From NCBI GenBank assembly GCA_973895155.1, contig OZ316892.1, forward strand, positions 24,127,971 to 24,191,970: a DNA stretch of 64,000 nt, written 5' to 3'. Position numbers and translations under genes: made by a program. The first letter of the stretch is position 1, and the number at the start of each line of letters is the position of its first letter. Positions 38,950-51,100 of the stretch are shown here, piece after piece. The notes below the pieces were generated by a model. The model saw nothing but the letters and a program-made list of their open reading frames with translations, ran no database searches and had not been told where the DNA came from. Origin of the DNA: Marsupella aquatica. Its lineage: Eukaryota > Plantae > Marchantiophyta.

Positions 38950-39630
38950 AATTTTGGGTTAAATATTATCCACTGGAAGATTTCAGCATGAATCACATGC
39001 TTCATTTTTAATCACAGGCAGAAACATTTGGAGGGGCAGTGGATGAGGCTCGGGCTGCATTGTACGTGAAGGCTGATAATGAGCCTTGAGATTGCCCTAC
39101 GAGCTGAATCAGCCATGAGGCAGATGGCAAGCCGGCAAGGGGGACTGGGCGCCTAGGGGCGCCTGTCTGGAGAGGGGCTGTGCGGGAAGCCGGCCTCTAC
39201 ATCCCCCCTGATATTCATGGATTATAATCTGTGACTTCCAGGGAGTTCCCTTTTCTTTTCTGTTCCCGGCTCTTCAGTCATCCTCAAAGGGGTATGGTGC
39301 AGTGTCGTGTGCCTTCCCCTGCGTAGTCACCCACGAGCTCGTCCCCTCCATTCCCCTGCTTATCAGCTCAGCAACTGCCCTCTCCACCCTTGTCTCGTTT
39401 TACCCCCATTTTTTTGTTTCATCCTCACCCCCCCCCCCCCCCCCATGCCAACCATGTGACCCGCCACCACTCCTGGTTTTTTTTGGTCTTTTTTCTTCCT
39501 GGGGGTTTCTCTTGTTTACTCCCCTTTATTGGTTTTTTTTTGTCATTTGGGATCTTGCCTCCCATTCTTAAAAAATTTCCCTTGTTTGCTCCCCTTTATT
39601 GGGTCTCTTGTCTCCAAGTTTGGCACTTTG
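38950..39630 (+). mobile_element. Probable degenerate non-LTR retrotransposon 3' fragment
   Basis: GC-rich stop-ridden frame IIHWKISA*ITCFIFN weakly resembles an L1 ORF2 C-terminus. It is followed by a C/T-rich tail whose last ~40 bp match 30529-30569. Confidence 0.35.
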
Positions 39631-40922
39631 AGTTCGTTGATAGTTTGTGATATATAGTTTACTTCTCCTAAAAGTACGGTATTATGTGAAAAAGAAATGA
39701 GGTGGTAGCTGTTTACACATGACTGTGTCACTGTCTCATGACACTCACCTTTAGTGTTTAATTATAGTCAACAGCTCATATAGTAGTTGTTTTATCCTAC
39801 TGTATTTTCTATTTCGGACTTTGACAATACTTCATAAGAAGTCAAAAGGGGAATATGATTCTCCCATGGATTGTAGATAGAAATCACACAGCTTTTGGCT
39901 TATTGGGGTTGTGGCCGGGTTGCCCTGGGTTGCTAAGCGGGTTTTGTTCACAAGTAAAAAATTGCTTTGAAAACCAACAAATGTAATCACACACACTGGA
40001 TGGACTAATTTTAAAGAATCTTCTGTGACATTGTGACTAAAATGCTATCCATCCATGTTGCAACAGTCCATGGGAGCAATTTGGCAAACGTAGAGGTCCA
40101 TTTGGGATTCATTTTCAGACAATAAGGGGAATGTCAAGGAAAAAAGGCCACACGAGACAAGGTTTGGGGTGGGCAGTGCAAATCTAATTCTTGTTCACCA
40201 CCTGAGTGCACTGCTAAACTTTGGGATTAGCCAGTGAAGTTACTCTGACTTAACAAGAGACTATTAGCCAGTTGGCTGCAATAACCAAATGCAGATGCAG
40301 GAGCCAGATTTCCTTACTCCATAGGCCAGCAGGAAGCCACCTTGGCTAATTTTTGAAATACCAAAAAAAGTGGCTGGTGTGGACATATTTGGGGGTGGAT
40401 GGTTTATGACTATTTTCAGGTCCTCTAAACCCAAGAAAACAAAGCTCTAACCTAAAACATGCCACTAGTTTGAGTGTTGCTCCATAGTCTATACAATGAT
40501 ATGAGGGAGCCCTAAGCTTGTCACAGTAAGGCCCCTAATATTGTCACCATAATGCCCACCTCTGAGCTCTAAGGCTTTGTGCAGATGTACCATGTGAGGA
40601 ATGTTTATAACACAAATCCATTTAGTCTAAACTTAGTAGACAAGTTTTTTCCTTCATATACATTTTAGATAAATTAGTTGCTATTGGGATTTCTTCCGGA
40701 AGCTGATCCTTGGGTGTACCACAATGTTTGTCTGTTCAATTCAAATGGACCTAGCAACTCTCAAGACCCAAAAGTGTGACCAATTATTTGATAGATCAGA
40801 GTTCAAAGTAGTTCAAAGTGATTTTTGGAGAGAGTCACTCCAGGTTACAGTACTCCACCTAAGTTGTTTGTCAAACATTGTGATCCATCCAGTTTCTGTT
40901 TGTTTTTGTTTTGCCTTGAAAG

Positions 40923-41257
40923 TGTTAAGGATTGCTCTTAGTTAGTCTTGTGACTCAAAGGTTACGTTAATTATGTTAACCTTAGTTAGGGACTTAGCTG
41001 AGGTTAGGTTAGTTGTGCGTGACCTTGTATATACCAGGGCTAGTGTAAGCCGCTAGTATGTGGTGTTGGCTCATTGTAACGGAGCAACTTAAGGAAGAGA
41101 GAGAGCTTGTGTGTTTGACTACTTTGAAGTAAAGTTGGAGTGTTCGTGTGGACGTAGCTTTGGAGAAGAGGTGAAACACGTATGGATTGTGTCGACTACA
41201 TGTGCATGGTATGAGTTATGATTGTATCATCGTGAAGGAAGACGTCATACTTCAACA
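40923..41257 (+). mobile_element. Solo LTR (copia-type), 335 bp
   Basis: Termini TGTTAAG...CTTCAACA (imperfect inverted); flanks GAAAG/CAAAG (4/5 TSD match). Shares gtggacgtag...gg(t/c)gaa(a/c)cacgta with the 14208 LTR. No adjacent PBS or PPT. Confidence 0.75.
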
Positions 41258-42329
41258 CAAAGATGATTTTGAATTCCATTCACAAACATAGCATAGATCT
41301 AGACTTCTTCATTTTTGACTGAAAAAAGTGAAGTCCTCATGGTGGGACCTGACTGCATATTGTGTGTATTGGAAAGTTAGGTAGTACATAATAATATTAC
41401 CAGATTTTAGAGTATACAGGAAAACTAGGAGTAGGGATGTAGCCCCAGATGTAGCATAGAGTATGAGTGAAAGCTAACGAAACTAGCATGAGCGAGAGAG
41501 GAAGATTACTTCAATCTTTTTCTGGCAAAAACACCCTTCAGTTATGTTAGCCTGGTTCTCTTTTCCCTAGATTTAATCAAGAACTATCAGGATTAAATCT
41601 AGGGAAAATCTAGGGAAAAGTTCTTGAAAAAATCTTATAAGAGGTTGGGCCAAAAAATGGGGTGGTAGTCATTCAAATTGGCTGGGCACAAAAATTGAAA
41701 ATCTGGTCAAAGATAAGCAATAAAGCCAAAGTGTGAATTTAGTTTAGTGCGACTCCAAGCAAGAAATAATAGCACAAGATAACAACAGAAAAGGTGAAAG
41801 ACTTTAACACAATGCACCAGAGTATCTTCCCTCCATGATCCATACAAGAAAGTATTGTACGTACTCACATGCAAATAATTATTGTATATATTCAATATTG
41901 TGATGTAACATAGTTTTTTGTAATTCAATATTGTGATGTAACATAGTTTTTTGTAATGCTGTAGGAGGGGTTTAATTGCACATACTATTCTAGTCAATAG
42001 AGTATCGCATACACTAATCAATAAAAAACTATTATCCCACTATGTGTGTTGATTTTTTTACAGACATTTGCACTGTCATTTTCAATGCCAAAAAGCAAAA
42101 GCAATAAGGGCCCAAAGACATGATAAAGAGCATGACATGGGCGTTGATGGCAGGGTGTTGGGCAAGGGGCACACTCGCAATGTAGGGCAGCCCCTCAAAG
42201 GGCTCCAGCATCACATGGGAGGGGCAGGAGGGGAAGGCGAGCGAGTGGAGTGATAGTGAATGAGAAAAAGAGGAGACAAAAATAGTGAAAATGGGGGAAG
42301 GGGGGTTAAGGTTTGAACAGAAGAGAAAA

Positions 42330-43325
42330 AATGTTTGAAAAACACCTCTCATTTTGTTATACTTGTTTGGTGGTCATAGCCAGTCTTTTGTGCAATGAGA
42401 CCTTTTATTCAAGAATATTTTGTGCAAGGAGATATATTTTTTAATTCATTTTATCAAACTTTTGTGGTTGATGTAGCCCGTATGATATCTTTCACTCAAC
42501 AAAAGTTTTTGTGCAATAATATTTTAACAAATTTTTTGTTCAACGGTATCTTTTGCACCACATTATATTTCTAAAGAGCATCTTTAGCGTAATGATATCT
42601 TTAATTGAACGACATCATTTATGCAATGCACAGGGGATTGAAAGGACAGTGACAGAATGACCATCTTTGCTAAACCCAAAACCTATAATCTAACGTTGCA
42701 CCAATGTATAGTGTAGTCGTCATTCAAATGCAGGGGCATTTTGGGTGGAAAAACAAAAGAAAGAGAAAAAGACATAGACAAAGGAATAGGACCCAAAAAA
42801 CCATGCTCCCCCTCGGATGCAGGCCGCAATGACAGCATCAAGCCGCAACAACCCTGACTCTTGGTCAACTCGCTCCTTCCCTCCTTGACTTTTTATTTCA
42901 CAACATCTTTCACATAATAACATCTTGGGTGAAAACAACACCTGTTTTCTTCCAACATCCTTTACTTCCCGAAATCTTTGGCAAAAATGACACATTTGTT
43001 TTAACGATGTCTTTCACATAATGACATCTTGGGTGAAAACAACACCTGTTTTCTTCCAACATCCTTTACTTCCCGATATCTTTGGCAAAAATGACACATT
43101 TGTTTTAACGACGTCTTTCACATAATGACATCTTGGGTGATGTGACATCATTTTTCTTTAATGACATCTTTCACATAATGGCATCTTTGGCAAAACGACA
43201 TCTTTTTACTTCACGACATCTACCTCTCACATAACAACATCTTTGGCAAAACAACATTTTTTTTTCTTAATGACATCTTGGGCGACATAACATATTTTTT
43301 CTTAACAAAATCTTTTGTGCAATGC
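42330..43325. repeat. acatctttt-family repeat region including a near-perfect 104-bp tandem duplication
   Basis: ctttcacataat(a/g)acatcttgggtga starts at 42907, 43011 and 43115. The surrounding degenerate short units resemble those at 19874-20115 and 60300-60635. Confidence 0.8.
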
Positions 43326-46300
43326 ACAAAAATTGCGCTAGTTGAAAAATAAAACCAAAGAAGAAACACTAGCTCTAGAGCTCCCAAGCTTGTCTTTGAC
43401 AAGTTGTTTTCTTCTGACCCAAAAGGCTCTTTGGTCATTATCAAGCACGGTTTTCTTTTCCTAGATGTAATTCAAACATAAACAAAGAACGCTGCCAAAG
43501 AACAAAAAATGTCAAACCGGGTGAAGACAAGGGAAGAACTCGAGAGTCCTGACAATTGGCCAAGAACTAAAAACCTACTGAAATCCTGTGTGGTGTAGAT
43601 CAGGAGTAAATCACACAAGAGTATCACAAAATGGAATGTGTCTAGGGGCTTTATAACTAGCTACCTCAGCCCTTTCAAGAATAGTGCATGCTTGAGCCTA
43701 GATGCCATCGAAAAAGTAAAAGGGAAACAAGGCTCTCAAGCTCCCAAACTTGTTGGTTGACAAATCGATGTCTTTTGACCGAACCAAAGGCTCTTCAAAC
43801 AATATATCAAACTGCCAAAGTCCAAAAATTCCAACTAGGGCGACCCAATACAGTAAGTGTGTGTGTGTTGGGTGGGGTGGCGTGGGGTGGGGGGGGGTGG
43901 AGGGGGGCGGGGGGGGGGGGAGAGGGAGAGACCCCAAGCTCTTTGGTCCTAAATGTCTGGTGTTCTCCTTTCCCTGCGTGTAATTGAAAAGTAGAAAGGA
44001 CGAAAAGAAACCCTACTCCCAAGCTCGTCGTTGACAAATGACAAGTTGCTACTAAAGTGGCACTGTTGCCCACTGCTCGAGCCTCGAGGGTACTCTAGTC
44101 ACCGTGATTATTGTAGTAGTGGGTAGACCTTGTCAACAGCGTAATATTTAAAGTTTCTTCCTTTTTCGCCAGGGTGGAAATGTAAGCCTTGGTGAAGCTG
44201 CAAGGAAGTTTCCTTGTTTTTTGGGGATAATTCCTGGCCACTAGATCTCCGTAGATGTTTGGGCACCCGTGGATTGTGGTAGATAAGGTCTTGGTCAGCT
44301 GAGAAACAGGTCAATGGGAAAAAGAAGACCTAGCCAACCTTAGCCAAAAGTGACTATACTTTTTGCAGAGGGGGAATCTAGCGTATTTGTATGCACCAAA
44401 AAACGTTGCTTCGCACTCTCTCTGATCCATTCTCCAGGGTACTCTACTCGTAGTGATTAGAGCTTGATAGCCATCTCTCATTCTGCTGCTCTTGGGTGGT
44501 CAACAGCCTTTTTTTAGTGTCCAGAACTGGCTAGATTCCACCACTCTGAAAGGTCTTCACCACCTATGGCAAAAATTGGGTCCTGTAGTTTTGTTGTCTT
44601 CCATGAGAGAGTCACACCTAGCCACATACCCCCATTCGACAGAATCTATGGATGTCTGACTGTTCAGAAACTAGTGAAGGAGAACTACAGTAGATAAAGG
44701 AAGATTCCACACAAGTTGACAACCTAGCCAAACAAGAAAACCCCTTCTGATGCGCCTTTCTTAAAATTAAGTTGGTCAGGTCCAAAAAAGAGTGGTCAGG
44801 CCAACACACGTAGTTATATCTATTTGAAATTACAGCTTTTTACTAATTAGTCCCCCAAATTGACCCGTTTTAGTTACCGCTCCCCCAAACTAAATTATTT
44901 CTCCAGTGCCCCCCCCCCCATTTCGTATATTGGGTTAAGTAAACCACAGGAGTTAAACCAAGTGTTGGCCCTCATTGGTCGGGTGCCACATGGCAAGGTG
45001 GTACTTGCCTGCGCGTTACTCTGGTGAAGAATGCCCAGTCCCGGGCCGCTCCTCACCCCCTATTGCGAATAAGGGTCATCGGGCCCTAAGCCTCTCTTCG
45101 CCCGACTACCACCCTGCCCAAAGCCAGCTGTTTGAAATTATTATAAAAGGCAAGAGGAAGCAAGACAGTACTCTAGTCTACCCTTTACCTTATTCATAAG
45201 TAGATTTGCATCAAAATTAGACTGTTTGAAAGTAAATACTGTAGAGTGTAGTTTTGGGAAGTCCTGAGGAAAGTAAATTTTGAGACGGGACACCCTGAAT
45301 TTTTCATGTGAGGCAAATTTCCCCAGACAGCTTATTTTTTATTGAGATAGCGACAGATGGTATCAGTAAAATACAGGAAAAAATAAACTGAGAAACTTTT
45401 TGGCTAAATACAATTAGCCAGGTGCAAGAGTCTGGAAGCAAACTAAAGTAACTTTGGTGCAATGAACAATCCAGAACTAAGGTAGGGTGGACTATGGACC
45501 AGATTGCAACAAAATAACACAATAATAACCTGTAGTATCTTCAGCTGGAGCTCTCTTGTTTGTCCTCTTTATTGGATCTCTTATATTTGGGATGTTGTCT
45601 CTAGTTTAAGATGAGTCACAACATTCTCTCGTGCTAGTGTTTTTGAAGGGAACAGACAAGTCTTGGAGGGCCCCAACACATATGCATGGACTGCTTTTTG
45701 CTACAGACCCTGATTAGGCAACCACCCAAGTATGTCAATTACCATTTTTTGGAACAACAGATCTTTTTGGAACAACAGATTTTTGACCCAAGAGCCACCC
45801 TGCAGCATTTGGATCACAGGAAACAGCGGGTTTGAGACACCCTATTGGGTTCCTCACCTTGGGGTCCTGTGCTGGGTTCAATTATTTGATGCATTGGTAT
45901 ATAGTGGATTATTTTTGTTCTTTGGTAATGTGATATATTATCATATTAAAATATCTATCAACAAATATATATTGGCAAATCAAAAGCTACTCCCTGGGAC
46001 TAATATCTAGAGTGGAATCTCTGGGCCCAGACTCTAACTAAGTGCATTAGTGAAAGGGAAACCTGACTGTAACTAAGTGCATAAAAAGAAAGTGAAAGTA
46101 CAAACAGAAAACAGGGATTGGGAGTGAGGTTGCAGACAAAAACGAGGGATGGGGACAAGGATGACATATATTTACTTTCAATATAAAGTGTAATCAATGT
46201 GTATCAGAGTAATATCATGAACAAGCCATCTCTATTTACATTCAACAAATGGACCGAGGCTAGTAGGGCGTCTCAAAGCTTCAAATTTACAGATGATGAC

Positions 46301-46434
46301 ATTTGGCAATAAAGGAATGATCATAACTTTTTCTCAAAGCTATAGAAAAGTATTTTTTTCTTTTTCTTTTTTCTTTCACTAGCCTCTATAATGATTGACC
46401 TTAATGACATAAGACCAATAGTTATGGCAAAAAG

Positions 46435-46715
46435 TTATAGACTATGAATTTTGCAGTCCGCAACTTTGTGTGTATGTAACTCTTAACTAGGGAGTTAAGA
46501 TCCAACTCTTAGAGTATTAATTTATCTTAACTAGGGAGTTAAGATCCATCAAATTGCCAACTCTTAGACTATGAATTTGGCAGTAGGTAACTTTATGTGT
46601 ATGTAACTCTTAACTATGGAATTAAGATCTATCAAATTGTCAACCCAACTTTGTGTGTACTGTATATAACTCTTAACTATGGAATCAAGATCCATCAAAT
46701 TGTCAACTCTTAGAC
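46435..46715. repeat. Degenerate tandem array with four palindromic TCTTAACT-N4-AGTTAAGA-like units upstream of the RLK
   Basis: tcttaactagggagttaaga at 46481 and 46525; variants tcttaactatggaattaaga at ~46608 and tcttaactatggaatcaaga at 46671. Confidence 0.8.
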
Positions 46716-48136
46716 ACCCCTAGTACTCTAGTAGAGAGTCTCAAAGGGTTTGGTGGTCTGCCCTCCTAGGACGATGATACATCTATAACAATTATTGACT
46801 GTCATTTTAGGCGGTCCATGATTTTTGCAGACTAACTAACCTACTTTTTCGTGGGAATTACTTATCAACTCCCTAGCATACAGAACGAGCCTAGCCATGA
46901 ATAAACTGTCGTGCCCCCCTCCCCCCGCCGGGCCCGCCCCCTCCCCATGCTGTCCTCCTGATTTTGGATTGTGTCAATGAATGTGGGCGTGCACCAGTCA
47001 TGCCGTTGAGGCTCGTTGAGAGAGTTCAGAGTGCCTCGGATTTGGGACCCATTGGGACAACCTCGAGTCCACGAGGCGCAGAACTCGGAACGCAGTCAGT
47101 CCCAGGCACTAAATTCTCTCTGTCTGTCAGTCCTGCTGCTTCCTCGTTCCCTCCCTTCCCATTCATTCCATTCATCCCCACACAATCCTCGCCCTCCTTC
47201 TCCCTCTCCACCTCGTCTCGTAGCTGCTCAGCTGCGAAATTGCAGTTGTGGAAGATTAGTCTTGACCTGTCGTCTGTCGAGCTGCTGAGCTACTTCTACT
47301 GGACTGGCTGATCAGTCTGTGCGTTTGCTGCTCGATTATCGGGTCATTTGGCGCTCTGGAGTCGTTAAAATCATTCCGACACTGGTGCAGCTTCTATTTT
47401 TGAAAGTGGCGGAGTTTCAAGTAGCTGACCTTGGTAAGTGCTCAGTCTGTTTGTGTTTTTTTGTAAGAAGGGAGACTGAAAAGGGAATGGTGACGGTTGG
47501 GAACGCTGCCGGTACACACCTCAAAGTTTTGAACAATGTCGGAGGTGCTAGCGAGCTGTTGCAGTGGAAGGCCTGCAGACATCGCAGCTGTTGTTCGTTA
47601 CATGTTTGTTGATTGATTGATGGATGGTTTGATTGACAGACTAGAGGCTTCCGTCCTCCTCACTGGCTCTGCTGCTGCTGCTCCTGGAGAAAAGGTAGAG
47701 GAAGGAGGCTGAGGAAGGAGGAAGTGGTTTAAATGGGAACTAAGAGGAGAAATGTCCGGGATTTTGTAACTACTGGTAGATGAGCTTGCCCACCAACAGG
47801 GCATGACATTCGCTTGGAGGAGTGCCCCGATTGTTGTGGGACTCGGGTCCATAGATAGACTGCAGAGAGGTAGATAGATGGTAGGATATAAAACTGGAGA
47901 ACATCTTGCAATGTATTGCTTTCTCATGAGTTCAACACTTCTGTTGATACAGTTGGACTACTCCCGTAGTTGCTTGGACTTCGGTGTAGATTAGAGAGGA
48001 TTTTGACTAAGGTGCAGCAGGTCGACATTTACAATCATGGCGAGGTTCTATTCCAAAGTAGTTTAAAGGACTGTGTGAGCAAGGATCTCCAGGAAAGAGG
48101 AGGAGGAGGAGAAACAGGTGTATAGCAAGGATAATA

Positions 48137-51100
48137 ATGGTCAAGAGTATGGTGATGAGCGCGCAGAGTCTGCCAACGTCGTCTGGAATGGCGAGGACAC
48201 GGGTGGTGCTGTTGCTGCTATTCTCGATTGGGATGCTGCCCATGATCGTCGCGCAACCCGGTACTTTTGACTTACCTCACTCCCATTACCGTCTTTCTTT
48301 CTCTTTTCTTCTCGCTCTCTCCCTTTCCCTTTCCCTCTCGCGGAGGGACTCATGGGGGAAGGGTAAGATAGCTTCTCGCCTTCCCTGTGTCTCACTAGGA
48401 CACGCTGCTCAAGGCTGTCCACTGCATCTTGAGAAATCACGTCGCCCTAGAACGGTGATGCTGCTCCATCTTCTCTAGGTCCCCAATGCTGGGTGAGGTC
48501 AATGGTGGTCTGTGAGACGTCTGCAGTTAATCCTCATCTAGCTTGGCGCTCAAATGCCACTGCCTCCACAGGGAGTTTTAGTGTTGCGACCGGTCCAGGA
48601 AGGGTTTTGTGTAGTGTTATTTGATCGGAATGATTCTTACCATTCTCAGCTGAATTAATGGGACTCCCAACTTTCTTACTACTCGTTTCGAGGAAGTCGG
48701 ACTCCGACCAAATGCTAGGCATGAAGTCTGCGTACGTAGCTTTGAGTCACTAGACTCGCATCATTCATCTCAGCAGGGTGAGAAGCTATGGTAGTCGCTT
48801 CCTTTTCCCATCGTTTGTGCGATTGGGTGACAGCTTCCGCGGAAGGCGTTTTTCTCGTGATTCTTCCGTCCCGCCGTGCAAAAGGTGGACATGGAATGCT
48901 GTAATATATGAAACAATAAAATACGATTGTGGGGTCCTCTGTTTGCTCTTCATGACTCGTAGAAAAGTCCGGCACAGAGACGTAGCTTCCATACACGGTC
49001 CACGAGCTGTGACACAACGCTTCAGTGTGGTTCATGACTTTTAAGGTGACTGCAATCAGGGAACCACTGCACGAACATGTTACGTAACGAACGAATAAGG
49101 GATCTTGAACGGAGCTACCAACATGAAGGCACGCGCTCTGCTCTACGAGCAGCAATAGCTTGACGAAGGCTATGTTAAAAAGACGGTCAAGAGCTACCAA
49201 TGGAAACATAATGCAGACAATGAGGCATAATCTTTTCATCCACAAGAACAGCAGTTTAGCGCTCTGTCGTCCTCAAAGTGGAGGAGGGTCATTCAAGGAA
49301 TCCACTACCGGAGTAGTGTAGGTAGCTAAGAAAGGATCCCTGCGATTACTAGGCATGGTATCCTCAAGAACATTTTGAATCTAACAAATAGCAATGCTAA
49401 GGCGATATCATGACTGCGGAGAAGAATTGTGTTAATCCAAGAAAGGTCTATGTTGTTACTCAACTCCAGGTGCAAGTTCAATTCTGCGGGTATTTCAGGA
49501 ACTATTTGCACCTTCTCGCAGTACTTCACAGTTTCTGCTATTCATTTGGTCATTTCCTGCTATCACTTTCTCTTATCTGCAGAGCCTTTGGTCCCGCGTC
49601 GTAGTTAATGAACAATTACAACGTGGAGGCAAAAGTACTATGCCGTGAGAGTGTTTTGTAGCTCTCCCCATTCGCATGAGATGTGTTTAATGACAGTTGT
49701 TAACTGTCATACTATTTACCGGCATAGGGAGCATGTATGAAATCATTTTGAAGTGCACTCCCCACCCCTCGTCGTCGCCCTTCCCCACTAGCACAGAGAG
49801 CAGGAAACAGAGATGGACCGGTGCTCTGCAATGGAGAGGATGTTTTCTCAGCATTGTGAGAAGGTGATACATCGTGACCTGAAATGTCTCTGATTGTGGC
49901 TAAACGTGGTTGCTACTCAAATGTGAGTAGTTACTCCCCGCGTTGTAACAGAGGTATTCATGCTGAGCTGAAATGCTACCTCATTATGTTTCTCAACGTG
50001 GTGTTTGGTCGAATCTGAGCCTCTCTCCTCAGGCATTGTATAAGAGCTGGATGCATTCTGAGCTGAAATCCTATCTGACTGTGTGGCTCAGCGTGATGAC
50101 TGTGAGCATGTCCTCAAGCATTGTAAGGGATACACGCAGAGCTGAAATGCTATCCGATTGTGTGGCTCAACGTGGTTGCTATTCAAATGTGGGCATGTCC
50201 TCTCGGGCACCTTAGGAAGAGCATACATGCCGACCGAAATTGCTTTCTGATTGTGGGTCAATGTGGTCGGGCTGCGTGATACATTGGCAGGATTCATAAG
50301 CATCGATTGTGGAAGCACTGTCAACTACACGGACTCCAGCACCGGCGTGGCTTGGACCACAGACGATGGCTACATCAGCGCTGGCTTGGGCATCAACCAA
50401 GGAGTCGTTGCTATCCTGAAAACGGACAACGCGGAGCAGATCACCACGGCTAGATACTTCAAGCCGGGAAGGAAGAAGAATTGCTATGCCCTCCCGGTGG
50501 CTTTCAACAACAGTTACATGATCCGGGCTACTTTCCTCTACGGGGACATCGACGGCGGCTCTCCGCCATCGAACTACGGCTTCAGTCTCTCGATTGACTC
50601 CACCGTTGTCGCCAACGTGAGAATTTCGCCGTCGGGAGTCGATACGGGCCTGTACTACGAGTTCTTCGTCGCGTCGACGGGGGAGAAAATCAATTTCTGC
50701 GTCATCCCAGAAGTCGGGAACGCGTTCATCTCGGCGTTGGAGCTCCGGCCCTTGACGCCAACGATGTACAAGGGCGTGATGTTCGGGTCCAAGTACACGA
50801 GGGCGATATACCGTCTCAACTGTGGAGCTGCTACCACTGATCCCTCTGTCAGGTTCGGTAGCTATAGTACTCCTCCTTGACCATGTTCATAAATCGCTTT
50901 TGCCAAAACCAGTCCCCTTTTCGCAGGTTCACCTTCATGGGTTCATTATTCAGTCTCGTACTTGTTGGAAGATTCGAGCTACAGTGTGCCGTGGTCTGAA
51001 CTCGGCTCTCCATGCGCAACCCTCAATTTTAACAGTGTAGCATTGGAGGGAAGGTTGGCCTAGAACTTTGAAGCTAGAGATTGAATTTGAGATGGAAAGT

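Noticed and set aside
48715-49245. 176-aa minus-strand ORF in RLK intron 1
   Set aside because: Non-ATG start, no domain or coding-like composition; probably chance.
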